47,455 bases of DNA from Craspedostauros australis (taxonomy: Eukaryota): assembly GCA_030167865.1 (NCBI GenBank), contig JALAGF010000222.1:1-47455 (forward strand), in the 5' to 3' direction. The number at the start of each line of letters is the position of its first letter. Positions within the stretch are counted from its first letter, which is position 1. The notes beneath the pieces are model-generated. The model was not told where the DNA came from. It saw nothing but the letters and a program-made list of their open reading frames with translations, and made no database searches. A program made the translations under genes and the position numbers. This document shows, one piece after another, positions 9,675 through 20,208 of this stretch.

Positions 9675-12600
9675 ATGAGGCCCATCATCGCCCCGAATCA
9701 TGGTTGGCAACCGAAGACGCCTGTCAAATCATGGGCTCCGTCGACAGCGCCGACGCCAGCAAAAGCGAAAACGACAATACGAAAGCAAACGCCATCAAAG
9801 CCAGCTATACGGGCAGCGCCTTCACCTCTGACGGAAGCCAAAGTCGCAACCAAAGCTACCGCCACAGCTAAGCCAATCCTGACAGCTCGAGTGAAGGCAA
9901 CGGTGGTTGCAAAGACAGCAAAGACAGCAAAGACAGCAAAGACAGCAAAGACGACACCAAAGACGCCTTCACGTAAACGCCCTCCTCCAGTGTTGCCATC
10001 ACCTGCTGCGCCGAAAGCAACGCGAACTGAACACGCCAGTTCAAATAGCACGGAGAATTCTGAGAATATGCGAAAGAGGAAGAGCGATGTGCACGACGAG
10101 GCTTCGGAGACGACGTCCGTCAATACGCTGGCTGGATTCCTCATCAGCTCCAAACCGAATAAATCGAGGCGTTCCAGCGGTCGGGGGCGCAGCTCGTTTG
10201 GAACGAACCCACATAACCCGCTCTCGCCCAGTTCATCCACCGCAATTGAATCGCTGAATCATTTCATCTACCAGGCTGGCAAGATCTACCATGGCAACAC
10301 CGAACTCACTGCGCCCGAGGAAGCAAGGCTGCGATCGGCAGCGTCGCATGCGGGGTTGTCAATGTCGGTTGTGGATGCGCTATTGGAACAAACTGCCGAT
10401 TCCAGTGCAGTCATCAAGTACTTCGTGAACACCGATGATGCCTTCACGCGGAAGATGAGAGAGGAATCGTACCTATCCAGCATCCTGTCGAACAATGGGA
10501 TGGACGTGCAATCTTCGGAGGATCAGAATTTCAACTTGATGGATTCGTTGTGGAGAATACTCATGCTTCGTGTCGTGCAGCAGTTCTTGGAAGAGAATGA
10601 TATGAATCTAAGCGACGTGCTCGACAAGTCGTCGCTGACGAACAGACTGAACGGGGAAGTGGTGGAAGCGAGATATGATCGCAATGGCAGCCTTATACAG
10701 ATGGATGATTCTGTCATCCGCATGCTCCGAGATTACACACGCGAGCGGCAGCAGGTTTCGATTCCCGAAAGCGATGTCATTGCGGCAAGGATCGAGGCGA
10801 ACAGCCACAACGATTTCAAGCCGGTGCACAAGTATCCCGAACAAGATCTGGTGGAGCTGTCGCAAGCGTACGAGGATAGGTTGATTCAGGAATCGAGATT
10901 CGACGAATTGAAGACGAACGGTCGCGGCGGACATTCGAGACACTGCTCAAGAGACTCCATGTCTGTGTACACCTACGGGGCCGGAAATGCGCGACAACCG
11001 TCGCCGCAACCTCAATCGCAACCACAATCTCAACCTCGATCTCAATCCCAGCCTCAATCCCAACCACAATCTCAACCTCAATCCCAACCTCAATCCCAAC
11101 CGCAATCCCAGCCTCAACCGTTGCGCCCGTTGAAGGATCAACAAGATGCCGGCTCGAAAGCTGAATCGAAGTCAAAATCGAAATCGAACGTGAGGTTGAA
11201 GCCAAAAGGAAACACTCATGCTACGAGTGTCCATCAGTCCCCGTCACACCATGCGAACATGGGACGCGTCACCGAAGTACCAGAAGCGAAGGAAACGACA
11301 ATGGCAACGAAACGGCAGGCTGCTGATGGTCCGAAGCCAAAGACTGGACCCAAGAAGATGTCTGCTGTGCAGCGAGGGTTAGCTGTGTTCGGTAAAACTA
11401 TCCAATCTGAAACAGCGGAAGCTCAGGAAACGAAGGCAGCTGGCGATGCTACACAGGGGACGAAACCGCTTCCGAAGCCAATGTCAAAGCCGTTGCCGCG
11501 GCCATCGTCGAAGTCATCGTCGAAGCCACTCCCGAAAGCCACAACAACAACTACCTCAACGCCGAATACGTCGAGCGCACGAAAAGCAGAGCCACGAAAG
11601 ATCGCGACGGACGCAGCACCAGCATCTGCATCGACTCAACCACCGCTACGGTCAGTGGCACCTACGGCGGGACCGGCACCAACACCAACACCAACACCAG
11701 CATCGGCAGCACGTCGTGGGGGTGAACCTGGAGATTCCATCGGCGTGACCTCGGTGAATGATGAAAACGTGCCACCTAACAGCCGAGACAGTGCCCGAGC
11801 GTCTGAGACTGCGCATGCAAATACTCAGCGCTCAGTTGTCCCACCGCAACAATCGCAGCCGATTTCCTACCCATTGCAATCAACGAGCGAAGGGAAATCA
11901 TGGGTATCTCGAACTGATCCTGATGCAAGCATCGTGGATGTGACACATGATTCAGCCTTGCCAACGGAATCGCAGCCGAAGGAGTGCCCTCATGACGATG
12001 GCCCTGAAGCGGATCAAGTGCAGGCTGAAAACAAACCCACGAAGCCACTGCACCCATCGAGTAATCCGCGCGTTGGCAGAGCAGCATTCGCAGCATTCAA
12101 TGCCAAACACAAAGCGAAGCTGCAACGACGAAAGCAACCCGTCAAATCCCACCAGAACAGCAAGGAAACAATCGCAGTCCCAGACCAGTCGGTGGGATCC
12201 ACACCTCCTCAGGATGACTCCCAGCACTCTGCGAGTATTGCCTCAGTACAGGAAACTATGGATGTTGACAGTGACAGTATCGCAGGACAGCCAAACGAGG
12301 AGGATTATTGGAGCGAGGCTCTCAGCAACATGCAAGACAGCGACGACGACGACGACGACGATGAGGATGATGACAGCGAGACCGACAGTGAGTGCACGTT
12401 GGAGCAATCAAGCATGCCTCTACATCAAGCGCTGGACCAGAACTCGAGGAGGCGGCAAAACAAGGCCAGTCCACTGCGACAGCAAAGGAGGAACGTGAGT
12501 ATAAAAACCATCACGGTTGCTTCCATTTCCGTCCATGACGAATCCATGCAAAAGCCACCGTTGCACCGTCGCAGCGATTCCTTCCAGAAGCATGATGACG

Positions 12601-15600
12601 CACTGCCTGTGCACCACGCTGAGATTCGATCAATGGCGCAAGTCGGCACAGAGCACGCAAGCGCTGGCCGAAGGAGCGTCGAGGACTCTTTGGCAGACAA
12701 GTCACTTCGCATCAACAACTCGGACAAGGAGAATCAGGGCATCACAAATGGGAGGCTCTCCATGACCACCCTGGCACGTCCTGTTCCCAAAATCACATCA
12801 AAGATAAAGGACGCGATGCAAACCTTTGAACAGGTCAATGACAACGCAGGTGCAGATCGGACGAAGACAGGCAGTTATGCGACAGCGACCCACGGCATGG
12901 CTGGCCACGTGATCTCCACCAATCAACGATTCGCGGATGTTGCTGAAGATGGAACTGCCCAACATCTGCACGAGTACGACAATGCAGATCATGCTTCTCC
13001 CTTCCCAAGCGATGATTCATCTCCACCGTATTCCGCAAATTCGAAGCCCCAGCTCAATGCAAATGCAAACCCACCCTGCAAACTGTCCGCTCAGCGCGGT
13101 GGTTATAACACGAATTCAGTGCCGTCAGATACAATGAGCACGAAACGCCAGAATGCCAGTCTGCGCACAAAAGGGTCAGCCCAGGTCGTTCATACGCACC
13201 GCGCCCACTCAACCGCTATGCTTCCAACACATCATCAGCGTGACGAACCAATTGTTGCTGCTACAGTTGAAGGAGACCACAACATCAGTGCTGAACGCAG
13301 CATTCGGAACCAATCGCTAGAGCAGGACCACAACCGTGTTCGCCCATTTCACGACAAGCGCGGCCCTGCGAACCATGACCACAGTGCATTCGAACCTACC
13401 GTGCACAACCACGATAGCGATGCCCACCACATAGCTGACGACGAGCACTTCCAGGGACACGCAGGAGCACACTTGCATCTTGCTGCTGATCAATCGTCGA
13501 GATCTATCGCAACTTCAAAACCAAATCTGATCAATGCTCGTCGAAATGCATCTGCACTACGAGTACAGGAGGAGGAAAAGTCAGGGGCAAGTGGCGATGC
13601 CACATCCGGAAAGCATGATGGCGAGCGCACGTCTCAGGTGGTGGGGAGCGATTTTCAGGAGAATTGGACTGCATTCGAAAGGAAGCCGAACTGGTCGAAG
13701 ATTCAGCACTCACGTCGTTCAGCCTCTGGGCAACCAACATCTGAGACCACCTCACCCCGACCGACTTCGGACCCAGCACAAGGCCAGAAGCGGACCATCG
13801 TGATGGAACCAAAACGCTTCCCAGCACCGCGTTCGCAACCTCAAGATTTACAGACAGTCGATCCAAGTAAACTGCCATCTCGCGCTCGTGTGCAGACGAC
13901 TATCAACTCACATCAGAACACGCAGAGCACGCAGAACACGCATACCATACGCGGGAATGCGAGGAAAGATAGAGTCCAAAATCAACAAGCATACTGGCAG
14001 CAAGCGCTCGACGAGGAACCGGAAGATAGTTACGATGATCAAGAACCACACATGGACCCTCGGATTTTGATCGATTCCTACGCAGACGACTCTGCGCTGT
14101 ATCAACAACGCAAAAGGCCATTCGAACAAGCTGGACATGCCAAGCAATCCAGCCACAGAAATCGCCAAAGAATGCGGCGCGGGGCAACGAATGGCACCGG
14201 CACTCCCAACCATGGAACTGAACACGATGCCTCGGATGAGGATATGCAGGTTGAGCAAATCCACGAACATGCAGCACCGCCTGGTTCTGAGCAAGCAGCC
14301 GCGAGGCATGATCTGGATCTTGAAGGATGGCAGGAGTACTTCGACGGAATGCCCAACGACTTTGACAGGAGGAGTCCGGCCAAGATCAAGGTCGAAACAG
14401 TCGCTTCAGGATCATCAGCAGATTCAGCTTCAATTTCAGTTTCGGGATCAACATCATCATCAGTGTTGGCACCAGCAGCAACTCGTCAACGGAAGACCGT
14501 GGATGAGCCGCAGCATGAATCATCCCCAGCCACAGAAGCCGAGAAAGAGGCAAATCAGCGAAACAATCTCTCTGCTTCATCGCCGATGCCTTCGCAAGTG
14601 TCCGTATCAAAACACCCCCTGGTTGGGACTCCGACACATACAACACGCATGCGCCACATGAAGCGTGATTCAGGGCCTCCCAAACCTATTCGTTCTCCGC
14701 ATCAGCATCAGGATCAGCAGGAGCAGCAATCGCACCATCGGCAATATCAGCAGTACCAGCAGCAACAGACATCACCGCAACAACTTGCGAACAGACAGAC
14801 GGACTCGTCCTCGTCCTTGTCCAAAGCGTTGCATGATACTTCGGTGAAACGGACTGAACAAGGTGAAGGGTTTTCGCCCTTCGAGCGTTCCAATGATGAA
14901 GTGGCACCATTTGGGCACTCCTTCGCGCCGAACAACTCGGCGGTCGTGTCTGGCCATGCACCGCACAACGAATTTGGAGTTCGAAATGATGTTGCCAATA
15001 CTGACACGAACAATGAGAATCATAAAGACTTTGAAAGAGGGAATGGCAGCATAGGCCATTATCTCCACTCACACACAATCAAGAACAAGATGGGTCACAC
15101 TGTGCTGCCCCTGCGAGCAGCGACTTCTGCGACGTCGAATGAGAGTAATGCGACCACGCCGTATGCACCGCAGCCTCCCAAGCCCATTTGGCCGTCAACG
15201 AACATGACCAAGCCACAAAGAAGCAAGCATGATCTGAACCCAAAGCTAGAAGTCGAGGGCTTCGTCGAGTTGGACGAACGAAACGACGCCTCCTCGTTCC
15301 AAGACGAAAACATGGAGCCTACGGCTGCGAGAGAATCTGTTGGCCTCATGCATCATCAATCATCGACAGAGCACTTTCAATCACCAATGGGCGAGGATGT
15401 TCCGCCGCCGCAGAAGCGAGTTGGCCAACATCAATATCAAGCCCCACCAAGACCTTTCGGACACAACCTTGCTGAGGCTCCGCGTGAGCATGATGCACCA
15501 ATGCGAGCAAGAAGAGGTCGGGCATCTGACCTATTCAATGACCATGTCCCAACCTCGTCACGCAAACAAGGTCGAGAACCAAGGATGCCATCGCCGCCTC

Positions 15601-18600
15601 ATGGTGCAGTAGATCTGTTCCCTCCCATGTCGCCACACCGTCCCGACAGCGGCTCACCCGAATTCCTTCGTTCTCATGAGCAAGACAATCCGGAAGCCCC
15701 CAGCACAAGTGAGCAGACATATCGTCCGCAACGTCGTCAACAAGATTCACTTGTCGAACCGCAGGATGATGTTGATGTTTCGATGCCTCCGCAATTCGAG
15801 CAACACTTTCGTGATGTCCAGTCGAGCGCAAACGCTGGCACCACTACAAGGCGATTGAGTGATGCCGATTTTGATGAGATTGCGATGGCACGGAGCGGGA
15901 ATACTACCTTCGACGAAATGACTGAATTGCACAATGCTGAACGCAACCATCAAGAGCGACCTGGTGGGATTGCGAACCACCAGGAGCCACAAAGAATGGC
16001 CGGGCACCAACAGAGCGAACTGCAGGGACATCGCATACATCATGAAAAGCACCACCAGTCCAAGCAACAAAGACAGGAGCATGATCAGAAGCAGGAGCAA
16101 GCGCAACGATATCAGCAACCGCAACCTCAAGTGCGCCTCGTGCATGGACAACACCAGCAATCGCAACGCCAGAAGCCAGAGCAACATGATAACTTCAGTC
16201 AGTATCGCGATGGACAGCACCAATTTCCACCGCCACCAGCACAGCAGCAGCATCATCATCAACTTGAGTTGAAGCAACCAGGGCACCATCAGAGTGATGA
16301 GGCTTGGCAGCAATTCCAACCGTCGCCAATGGAACGCAAGCAAAATCAACAGTCCCAGCAGCCCCAACAACTTCATGAAGATCAGAGTGACCAGGGAAGG
16401 CAGTACAGCGAAGAATTTCATGACTACCGCGACCATCCGGAGCAGCAGCAGTTCAATCAACAACAACCAATACGACAGCAAGATCAAGCTCAACTACAAC
16501 CACAACACCAGAACGATGAAAATTGCCAGGCACAGCACCGCCAGTCTCCACAACCTCAAGACTACGATGGACGCCAACGACCAGCACAACAGTCACGCGA
16601 ACATCATGTACAGCACCATTGGGAACGTGAACACCAACATTCACAACCTCAACATCGACAGCATCAACAAGAACATCCCCATGACGATTGGCAGCACCAG
16701 CACCAACAAGAACAAGAACAAGAACAACGAAGGCCAGCTCAGAAAGAGCGACCGCATCCACACCAAGATGAGGACTGGGAATCACAAGACGGCTGGCAGC
16801 ATCGGCAAATGCAACGGGCACCACAACACCGCGAACATGCGCACAACTCTCAATCAAAGCACCGTCGACAACATCAAGACCACGGTCACAGCCAAGACCA
16901 AGATCCAGCCCAACATCCATCTCCACCACCGCTGCTACCATCATCGTCGGAACGATCGTTGGAGACTGCACGAAATGCTGAAGACTACAATTCCCCAGCC
17001 ATGGATGTTGCAGTTGATCTCGATGAATGGCAGCCGACAAAGCCACCGCCCAGGCTGCAGCAGAAACGCGTCTTAGATTATCGCGAATATTCGAAACACT
17101 ACAGTACGCTCGATCGGACTCGCAAAGACGCGCGACAACGGGAGCAGCAGAAGCAGGAGCAGGATGAAGAGCAATACCGCCAACAAAGAGAACAGCGAGA
17201 TCAGCAGTATCCCATGTCACAATCATCCGAAACAAACACCACTGACCCTTCCACGGTGTGTGAGTCAATATCCTTGAATTCACACGCCGATCATTGGATT
17301 GGATCGTCTGGATCCCAAGAGCTGAAATGTCACAAGCCTGACGACCAAAGTCGCGCACCTTCAACAAGCACCGGCAGCAGCGTGTCGATGGCATTGAACC
17401 CACTCGAACAGGGCACAGTCGAACGTCGCTTCTATCAGGCGCACCAGCAATTGGACAAGGTGAAAGGGCGCGCGTCAACTGGGACGGCAAAGACGAAAGA
17501 CCGGGATCCAAGACGCGCAGAAAGATTTGAAGCCCAAGATGCGGAATTCTTCACTGCATCCGACGGCCAGTGGGAGCCCTTCAACAATGGCTTGCATCCA
17601 ACTTGCATCATGCACAATGCACAAGCACACCAACACCCACTGCCTCCGACTCAGAATGGTCAAGGCTTAACATCAAACATGGCGAAGATGCCGACGCCGA
17701 CTCAACACTTCGCATCATCTGATTTCGGAGACTTCGAAAAGCCTCAATCTGCTGAGGTGTTCGACAACCCCTACAATGCCGCCGCCAACAGTACCAAGTT
17801 CGATGACAATCATCATCCGAAAGGCTATTACGAATCCTACAGAGAACGGTATCACGCCACTTCCGACAACAATCCAGGCCAAGTGCAAACTAACGGTACG
17901 AACCCAGATCATCGTCAGCGTCGAAACTACGATGGCTTCGATCAACCACTGCCACAGCACAAGCATGAACGTCCGAGAAAGGAGACTGCCCACGACGCTC
18001 ACACTCCTGCAGATGAGTGGCGTCATCCGCATCCCCACTATCAATTCTCAGCAGCTTCTCACGAACACGTTGTGCCACCAGTGCATCAGTGCGAGTCAGG
18101 CATCAGCAAATACGCTGAGGAATGTGAGGTGCACCAGGCAAATTGCGCCCATCAAGTGCAGAAGCTACACTCAAAACTGAACTCGATCGTCGATGCCAGC
18201 AGCGAAAAGGGCGCGGCTTGTCATCGTACTGGCATGGACATGGCCAATGCAATGCCTGCGATACCTACCAATGCGGACGCTTTCGATTCAGATGCCTGCG
18301 TCGATCTCATGCAAGTTGACGATGGCGATGGCAATGGCAATGACAATGACAATGGCGACAACGATAAACATGTCCAGCACCAGCACCATCGCCAGCCCCA
18401 GGAAGAAGAAGTTCCAACTGCACAAGCCGAGTTCAGAGATGTTAGTGCTGCCAGATCGGCTGCGGAAGATGATCCCGAGACTCTGAGAGAGAAACGATCA
18501 TTTGAAAACATCCTTAAGATCAACACGACAACCAGCAGCATCAACGAAGACCGCAGTGGCGTCGACGACTACATCAAAGATGATGTCGATGACGGATGGG

Positions 18601-19544
18601 ATGGTTGGACGAAGGGAACGAGGGACACGAACGAGGCCAACACGACGATCCCAGCAGCATCCGAGGGCGTCGGTGTAGAAGCAGCCACCAATCTTCGGCA
18701 AACGCAACAGCTTGATTCTCCAATTGACGAAGATGAATTGCGCGAGACCGCTAGATTGAACGGAATTCCAATGAACGTCGTCGATGTGGTGTTGCAACAG
18801 TCGAAGATGAGAGGTGCGGATGAGCAGTCACCTCAAGGCATGGAGCCACTGCAATCCGAAACCCGCCGCGGATTTCAATCCGCGATAGACCCGCACTACT
18901 GTGCATCGGAGGAAGATCCTCCAGGTTCGGAATCGTCGCCGATCGGAGCGCATGTTCAGAATGTGAGCAGCATCGATCCTCCGCAGTACGACGGGTCGGA
19001 GTACGGTGCATCAAGCCGCAGGGAACGCACAGGGATCGAACCGGCCGAGACTCTCTCAGCGTACAGCGAAGAGAGGACGCATGCCATCATCCCCGGCCCC
19101 AGCGCAGACCCATGGGCAGGCCGAGATCCTTCACCGCTGAGCGTCCCGGACACCTTCTTCGAGGATACGCCGGAGGGCACGACGCAAGAGGAGCTGGACC
19201 TTCTGAACCGCTTCATCGAAGTCGCGGCAACCAACTTTGATGGCAAGGAGCTGAGCAGCAACTCTGAGGCAGCCGTGCGATCAGCCGCCGCCAAGCTCGG
19301 CCTGTCCGAGATCATGGTGGATCAGCTCATCCGCCAGGCCAGGCAGAACAACGAACGTCTCAGAGCAACAGACGCAGACAAGGACCGCGCACCCGATTCT
19401 CCAGCCACGGCCGAAACACCTCCCACAGCATCCTGTCAGATGTGGGAGAGCGTGACTCAGCAACTATCCTCTTTCACCAGTCGGTTCACCTCCTGCAACG
19501 ACGATACCAGCAGCCATGCCTCATTGGAGACATACCAATACTAA
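9675..19544 (+). CDS. Giant Q/H/S/P-rich, mostly disordered protein (3289 aa) with N- and C-proximal helical modules; function unknown
   Basis: 9.87 kb stop-free ORF with an in-frame TAG upstream at 9630. Ordered-looking block at ~10250-10910, Q/H-rich block at ~16040-16920, C-terminal module at 19203-19337. Confidence 0.85.
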   Translation: MRPIIAPNHGWQPKTPVKSWAPSTAPTPAKAKTTIRKQTPSKPAIRAAPSPLTEAKVATKATATAKPILTARVKATVVAKTAKTAKTAKTAKTTPKTPSRKRPPPVLPSPAAPKATRTEHASSNSTENSENMRKRKSDVHDEASETTSVNTLAGFLISSKPNKSRRSSGRGRSSFGTNPHNPLSPSSSTAIESLNHFIYQAGKIYHGNTELTAPEEARLRSAASHAGLSMSVVDALLEQTADSSAVIKYFVNTDDAFTRKMREESYLSSILSNNGMDVQSSEDQNFNLMDSLWRILMLRVVQQFLEENDMNLSDVLDKSSLTNRLNGEVVEARYDRNGSLIQMDDSVIRMLRDYTRERQQVSIPESDVIAARIEANSHNDFKPVHKYPEQDLVELSQAYEDRLIQESRFDELKTNGRGGHSRHCSRDSMSVYTYGAGNARQPSPQPQSQPQSQPRSQSQPQSQPQSQPQSQPQSQPQSQPQPLRPLKDQQDAGSKAESKSKSKSNVRLKPKGNTHATSVHQSPSHHANMGRVTEVPEAKETTMATKRQAADGPKPKTGPKKMSAVQRGLAVFGKTIQSETAEAQETKAAGDATQGTKPLPKPMSKPLPRPSSKSSSKPLPKATTTTTSTPNTSSARKAEPRKIATDAAPASASTQPPLRSVAPTAGPAPTPTPTPASAARRGGEPGDSIGVTSVNDENVPPNSRDSARASETAHANTQRSVVPPQQSQPISYPLQSTSEGKSWVSRTDPDASIVDVTHDSALPTESQPKECPHDDGPEADQVQAENKPTKPLHPSSNPRVGRAAFAAFNAKHKAKLQRRKQPVKSHQNSKETIAVPDQSVGSTPPQDDSQHSASIASVQETMDVDSDSIAGQPNEEDYWSEALSNMQDSDDDDDDDEDDDSETDSECTLEQSSMPLHQALDQNSRRRQNKASPLRQQRRNVSIKTITVASISVHDESMQKPPLHRRSDSFQKHDDALPVHHAEIRSMAQVGTEHASAGRRSVEDSLADKSLRINNSDKENQGITNGRLSMTTLARPVPKITSKIKDAMQTFEQVNDNAGADRTKTGSYATATHGMAGHVISTNQRFADVAEDGTAQHLHEYDNADHASPFPSDDSSPPYSANSKPQLNANANPPCKLSAQRGGYNTNSVPSDTMSTKRQNASLRTKGSAQVVHTHRAHSTAMLPTHHQRDEPIVAATVEGDHNISAERSIRNQSLEQDHNRVRPFHDKRGPANHDHSAFEPTVHNHDSDAHHIADDEHFQGHAGAHLHLAADQSSRSIATSKPNLINARRNASALRVQEEEKSGASGDATSGKHDGERTSQVVGSDFQENWTAFERKPNWSKIQHSRRSASGQPTSETTSPRPTSDPAQGQKRTIVMEPKRFPAPRSQPQDLQTVDPSKLPSRARVQTTINSHQNTQSTQNTHTIRGNARKDRVQNQQAYWQQALDEEPEDSYDDQEPHMDPRILIDSYADDSALYQQRKRPFEQAGHAKQSSHRNRQRMRRGATNGTGTPNHGTEHDASDEDMQVEQIHEHAAPPGSEQAAARHDLDLEGWQEYFDGMPNDFDRRSPAKIKVETVASGSSADSASISVSGSTSSSVLAPAATRQRKTVDEPQHESSPATEAEKEANQRNNLSASSPMPSQVSVSKHPLVGTPTHTTRMRHMKRDSGPPKPIRSPHQHQDQQEQQSHHRQYQQYQQQQTSPQQLANRQTDSSSSLSKALHDTSVKRTEQGEGFSPFERSNDEVAPFGHSFAPNNSAVVSGHAPHNEFGVRNDVANTDTNNENHKDFERGNGSIGHYLHSHTIKNKMGHTVLPLRAATSATSNESNATTPYAPQPPKPIWPSTNMTKPQRSKHDLNPKLEVEGFVELDERNDASSFQDENMEPTAARESVGLMHHQSSTEHFQSPMGEDVPPPQKRVGQHQYQAPPRPFGHNLAEAPREHDAPMRARRGRASDLFNDHVPTSSRKQGREPRMPSPPHGAVDLFPPMSPHRPDSGSPEFLRSHEQDNPEAPSTSEQTYRPQRRQQDSLVEPQDDVDVSMPPQFEQHFRDVQSSANAGTTTRRLSDADFDEIAMARSGNTTFDEMTELHNAERNHQERPGGIANHQEPQRMAGHQQSELQGHRIHHEKHHQSKQQRQEHDQKQEQAQRYQQPQPQVRLVHGQHQQSQRQKPEQHDNFSQYRDGQHQFPPPPAQQQHHHQLELKQPGHHQSDEAWQQFQPSPMERKQNQQSQQPQQLHEDQSDQGRQYSEEFHDYRDHPEQQQFNQQQPIRQQDQAQLQPQHQNDENCQAQHRQSPQPQDYDGRQRPAQQSREHHVQHHWEREHQHSQPQHRQHQQEHPHDDWQHQHQQEQEQEQRRPAQKERPHPHQDEDWESQDGWQHRQMQRAPQHREHAHNSQSKHRRQHQDHGHSQDQDPAQHPSPPPLLPSSSERSLETARNAEDYNSPAMDVAVDLDEWQPTKPPPRLQQKRVLDYREYSKHYSTLDRTRKDARQREQQKQEQDEEQYRQQREQRDQQYPMSQSSETNTTDPSTVCESISLNSHADHWIGSSGSQELKCHKPDDQSRAPSTSTGSSVSMALNPLEQGTVERRFYQAHQQLDKVKGRASTGTAKTKDRDPRRAERFEAQDAEFFTASDGQWEPFNNGLHPTCIMHNAQAHQHPLPPTQNGQGLTSNMAKMPTPTQHFASSDFGDFEKPQSAEVFDNPYNAAANSTKFDDNHHPKGYYESYRERYHATSDNNPGQVQTNGTNPDHRQRRNYDGFDQPLPQHKHERPRKETAHDAHTPADEWRHPHPHYQFSAASHEHVVPPVHQCESGISKYAEECEVHQANCAHQVQKLHSKLNSIVDASSEKGAACHRTGMDMANAMPAIPTNADAFDSDACVDLMQVDDGDGNGNDNDNGDNDKHVQHQHHRQPQEEEVPTAQAEFRDVSAARSAAEDDPETLREKRSFENILKINTTTSSINEDRSGVDDYIKDDVDDGWDGWTKGTRDTNEANTTIPAASEGVGVEAATNLRQTQQLDSPIDEDELRETARLNGIPMNVVDVVLQQSKMRGADEQSPQGMEPLQSETRRGFQSAIDPHYCASEEDPPGSESSPIGAHVQNVSSIDPPQYDGSEYGASSRRERTGIEPAETLSAYSEERTHAIIPGPSADPWAGRDPSPLSVPDTFFEDTPEGTTQEELDLLNRFIEVAATNFDGKELSSNSEAAVRSAAAKLGLSEIMVDQLIRQARQNNERLRATDADKDRAPDSPATAETPPTASCQMWESVTQQLSSFTSRFTSCNDDTSSHASLETYQY
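9909..9953 (+). repeat. 9-bp tandem repeat (GCAAAGACA) x5 encoding (AKT)5
   Basis: Directly visible; the last unit is GCAAAGACG. Confidence 0.95.
11007..11120 (+). repeat. 12-bp coding tandem repeat, about 9 units of QPQS
   Basis: Units such as CAACCTCAATCC and CAACCACAATCT with synonymous variation. Confidence 0.95.
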
Positions 19545-20208
19545 GCGTGCAAAGCAGCTGCTTGTGGAAAGCGTCGGAATACTCGTATGTAGCACAGTAT
19601 AGTCCTGTATTGTTGATTGTGCTGTGCTGGGCTTATGTGTAATATCTCTGCTCATTGAATGATGCTCGGCAACTATATGCCATGTACACGACTACCTAAC
19701 TCGAGGGTGGCCGAACCTCGACGCTTCCCATATCTAAACAAGTTTCTTGTCTACGGGTCCTGTTCCAGACATATCGCCACGACTGAGCACTCATAATATT
19801 TGAGTTTTATTCAAATTGCCGCAACTCCATTTGGGCTTTGTTCGCTTCGGATGCAGCGTTGTCACATGACGGAAACTGTTCGTTCGCTTGGTTGATGTTC
19901 TGCTGCCAGTCGCGATGACAGCAACAGCTCAAACCCAAAACCTCAAAGCATCGGCACTGTGATTGCAAGCACAGGCCACTTCCGTTGTGCGTATACTCAC
20001 AATCACACTCAACACCATTCCATTGTTTCTGAAGAGGGAGCAAGGTGAAGCCCACGCAACACATAGCATCGATCGAACGGCTGTTTGTCCGTCCGTCTGT
20101 TCGAGCGAGAAGACAACAGACTTTGATTGAGCGTTCATCGAGCGTAGCATAGCAGTACGCTGCTGGTATTCTGCTCGTACTCTTACTCATCGCAACACTG
20201 TGGACAAG

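Noticed and set aside
9909-11120. Tandem repeats considered as a CRISPR-like array
   Set aside because: No unique spacers; they are in-frame coding repeats in a eukaryotic gene.
2896-19463. Many V/L/S-rich antisense and alternate-frame ORFs inside the two giant genes
   Set aside because: Expected by-products of GAC/GAT/CAA-rich low-complexity coding on the plus strand; their hydrophobic runs mirror acidic or Gln tracts.
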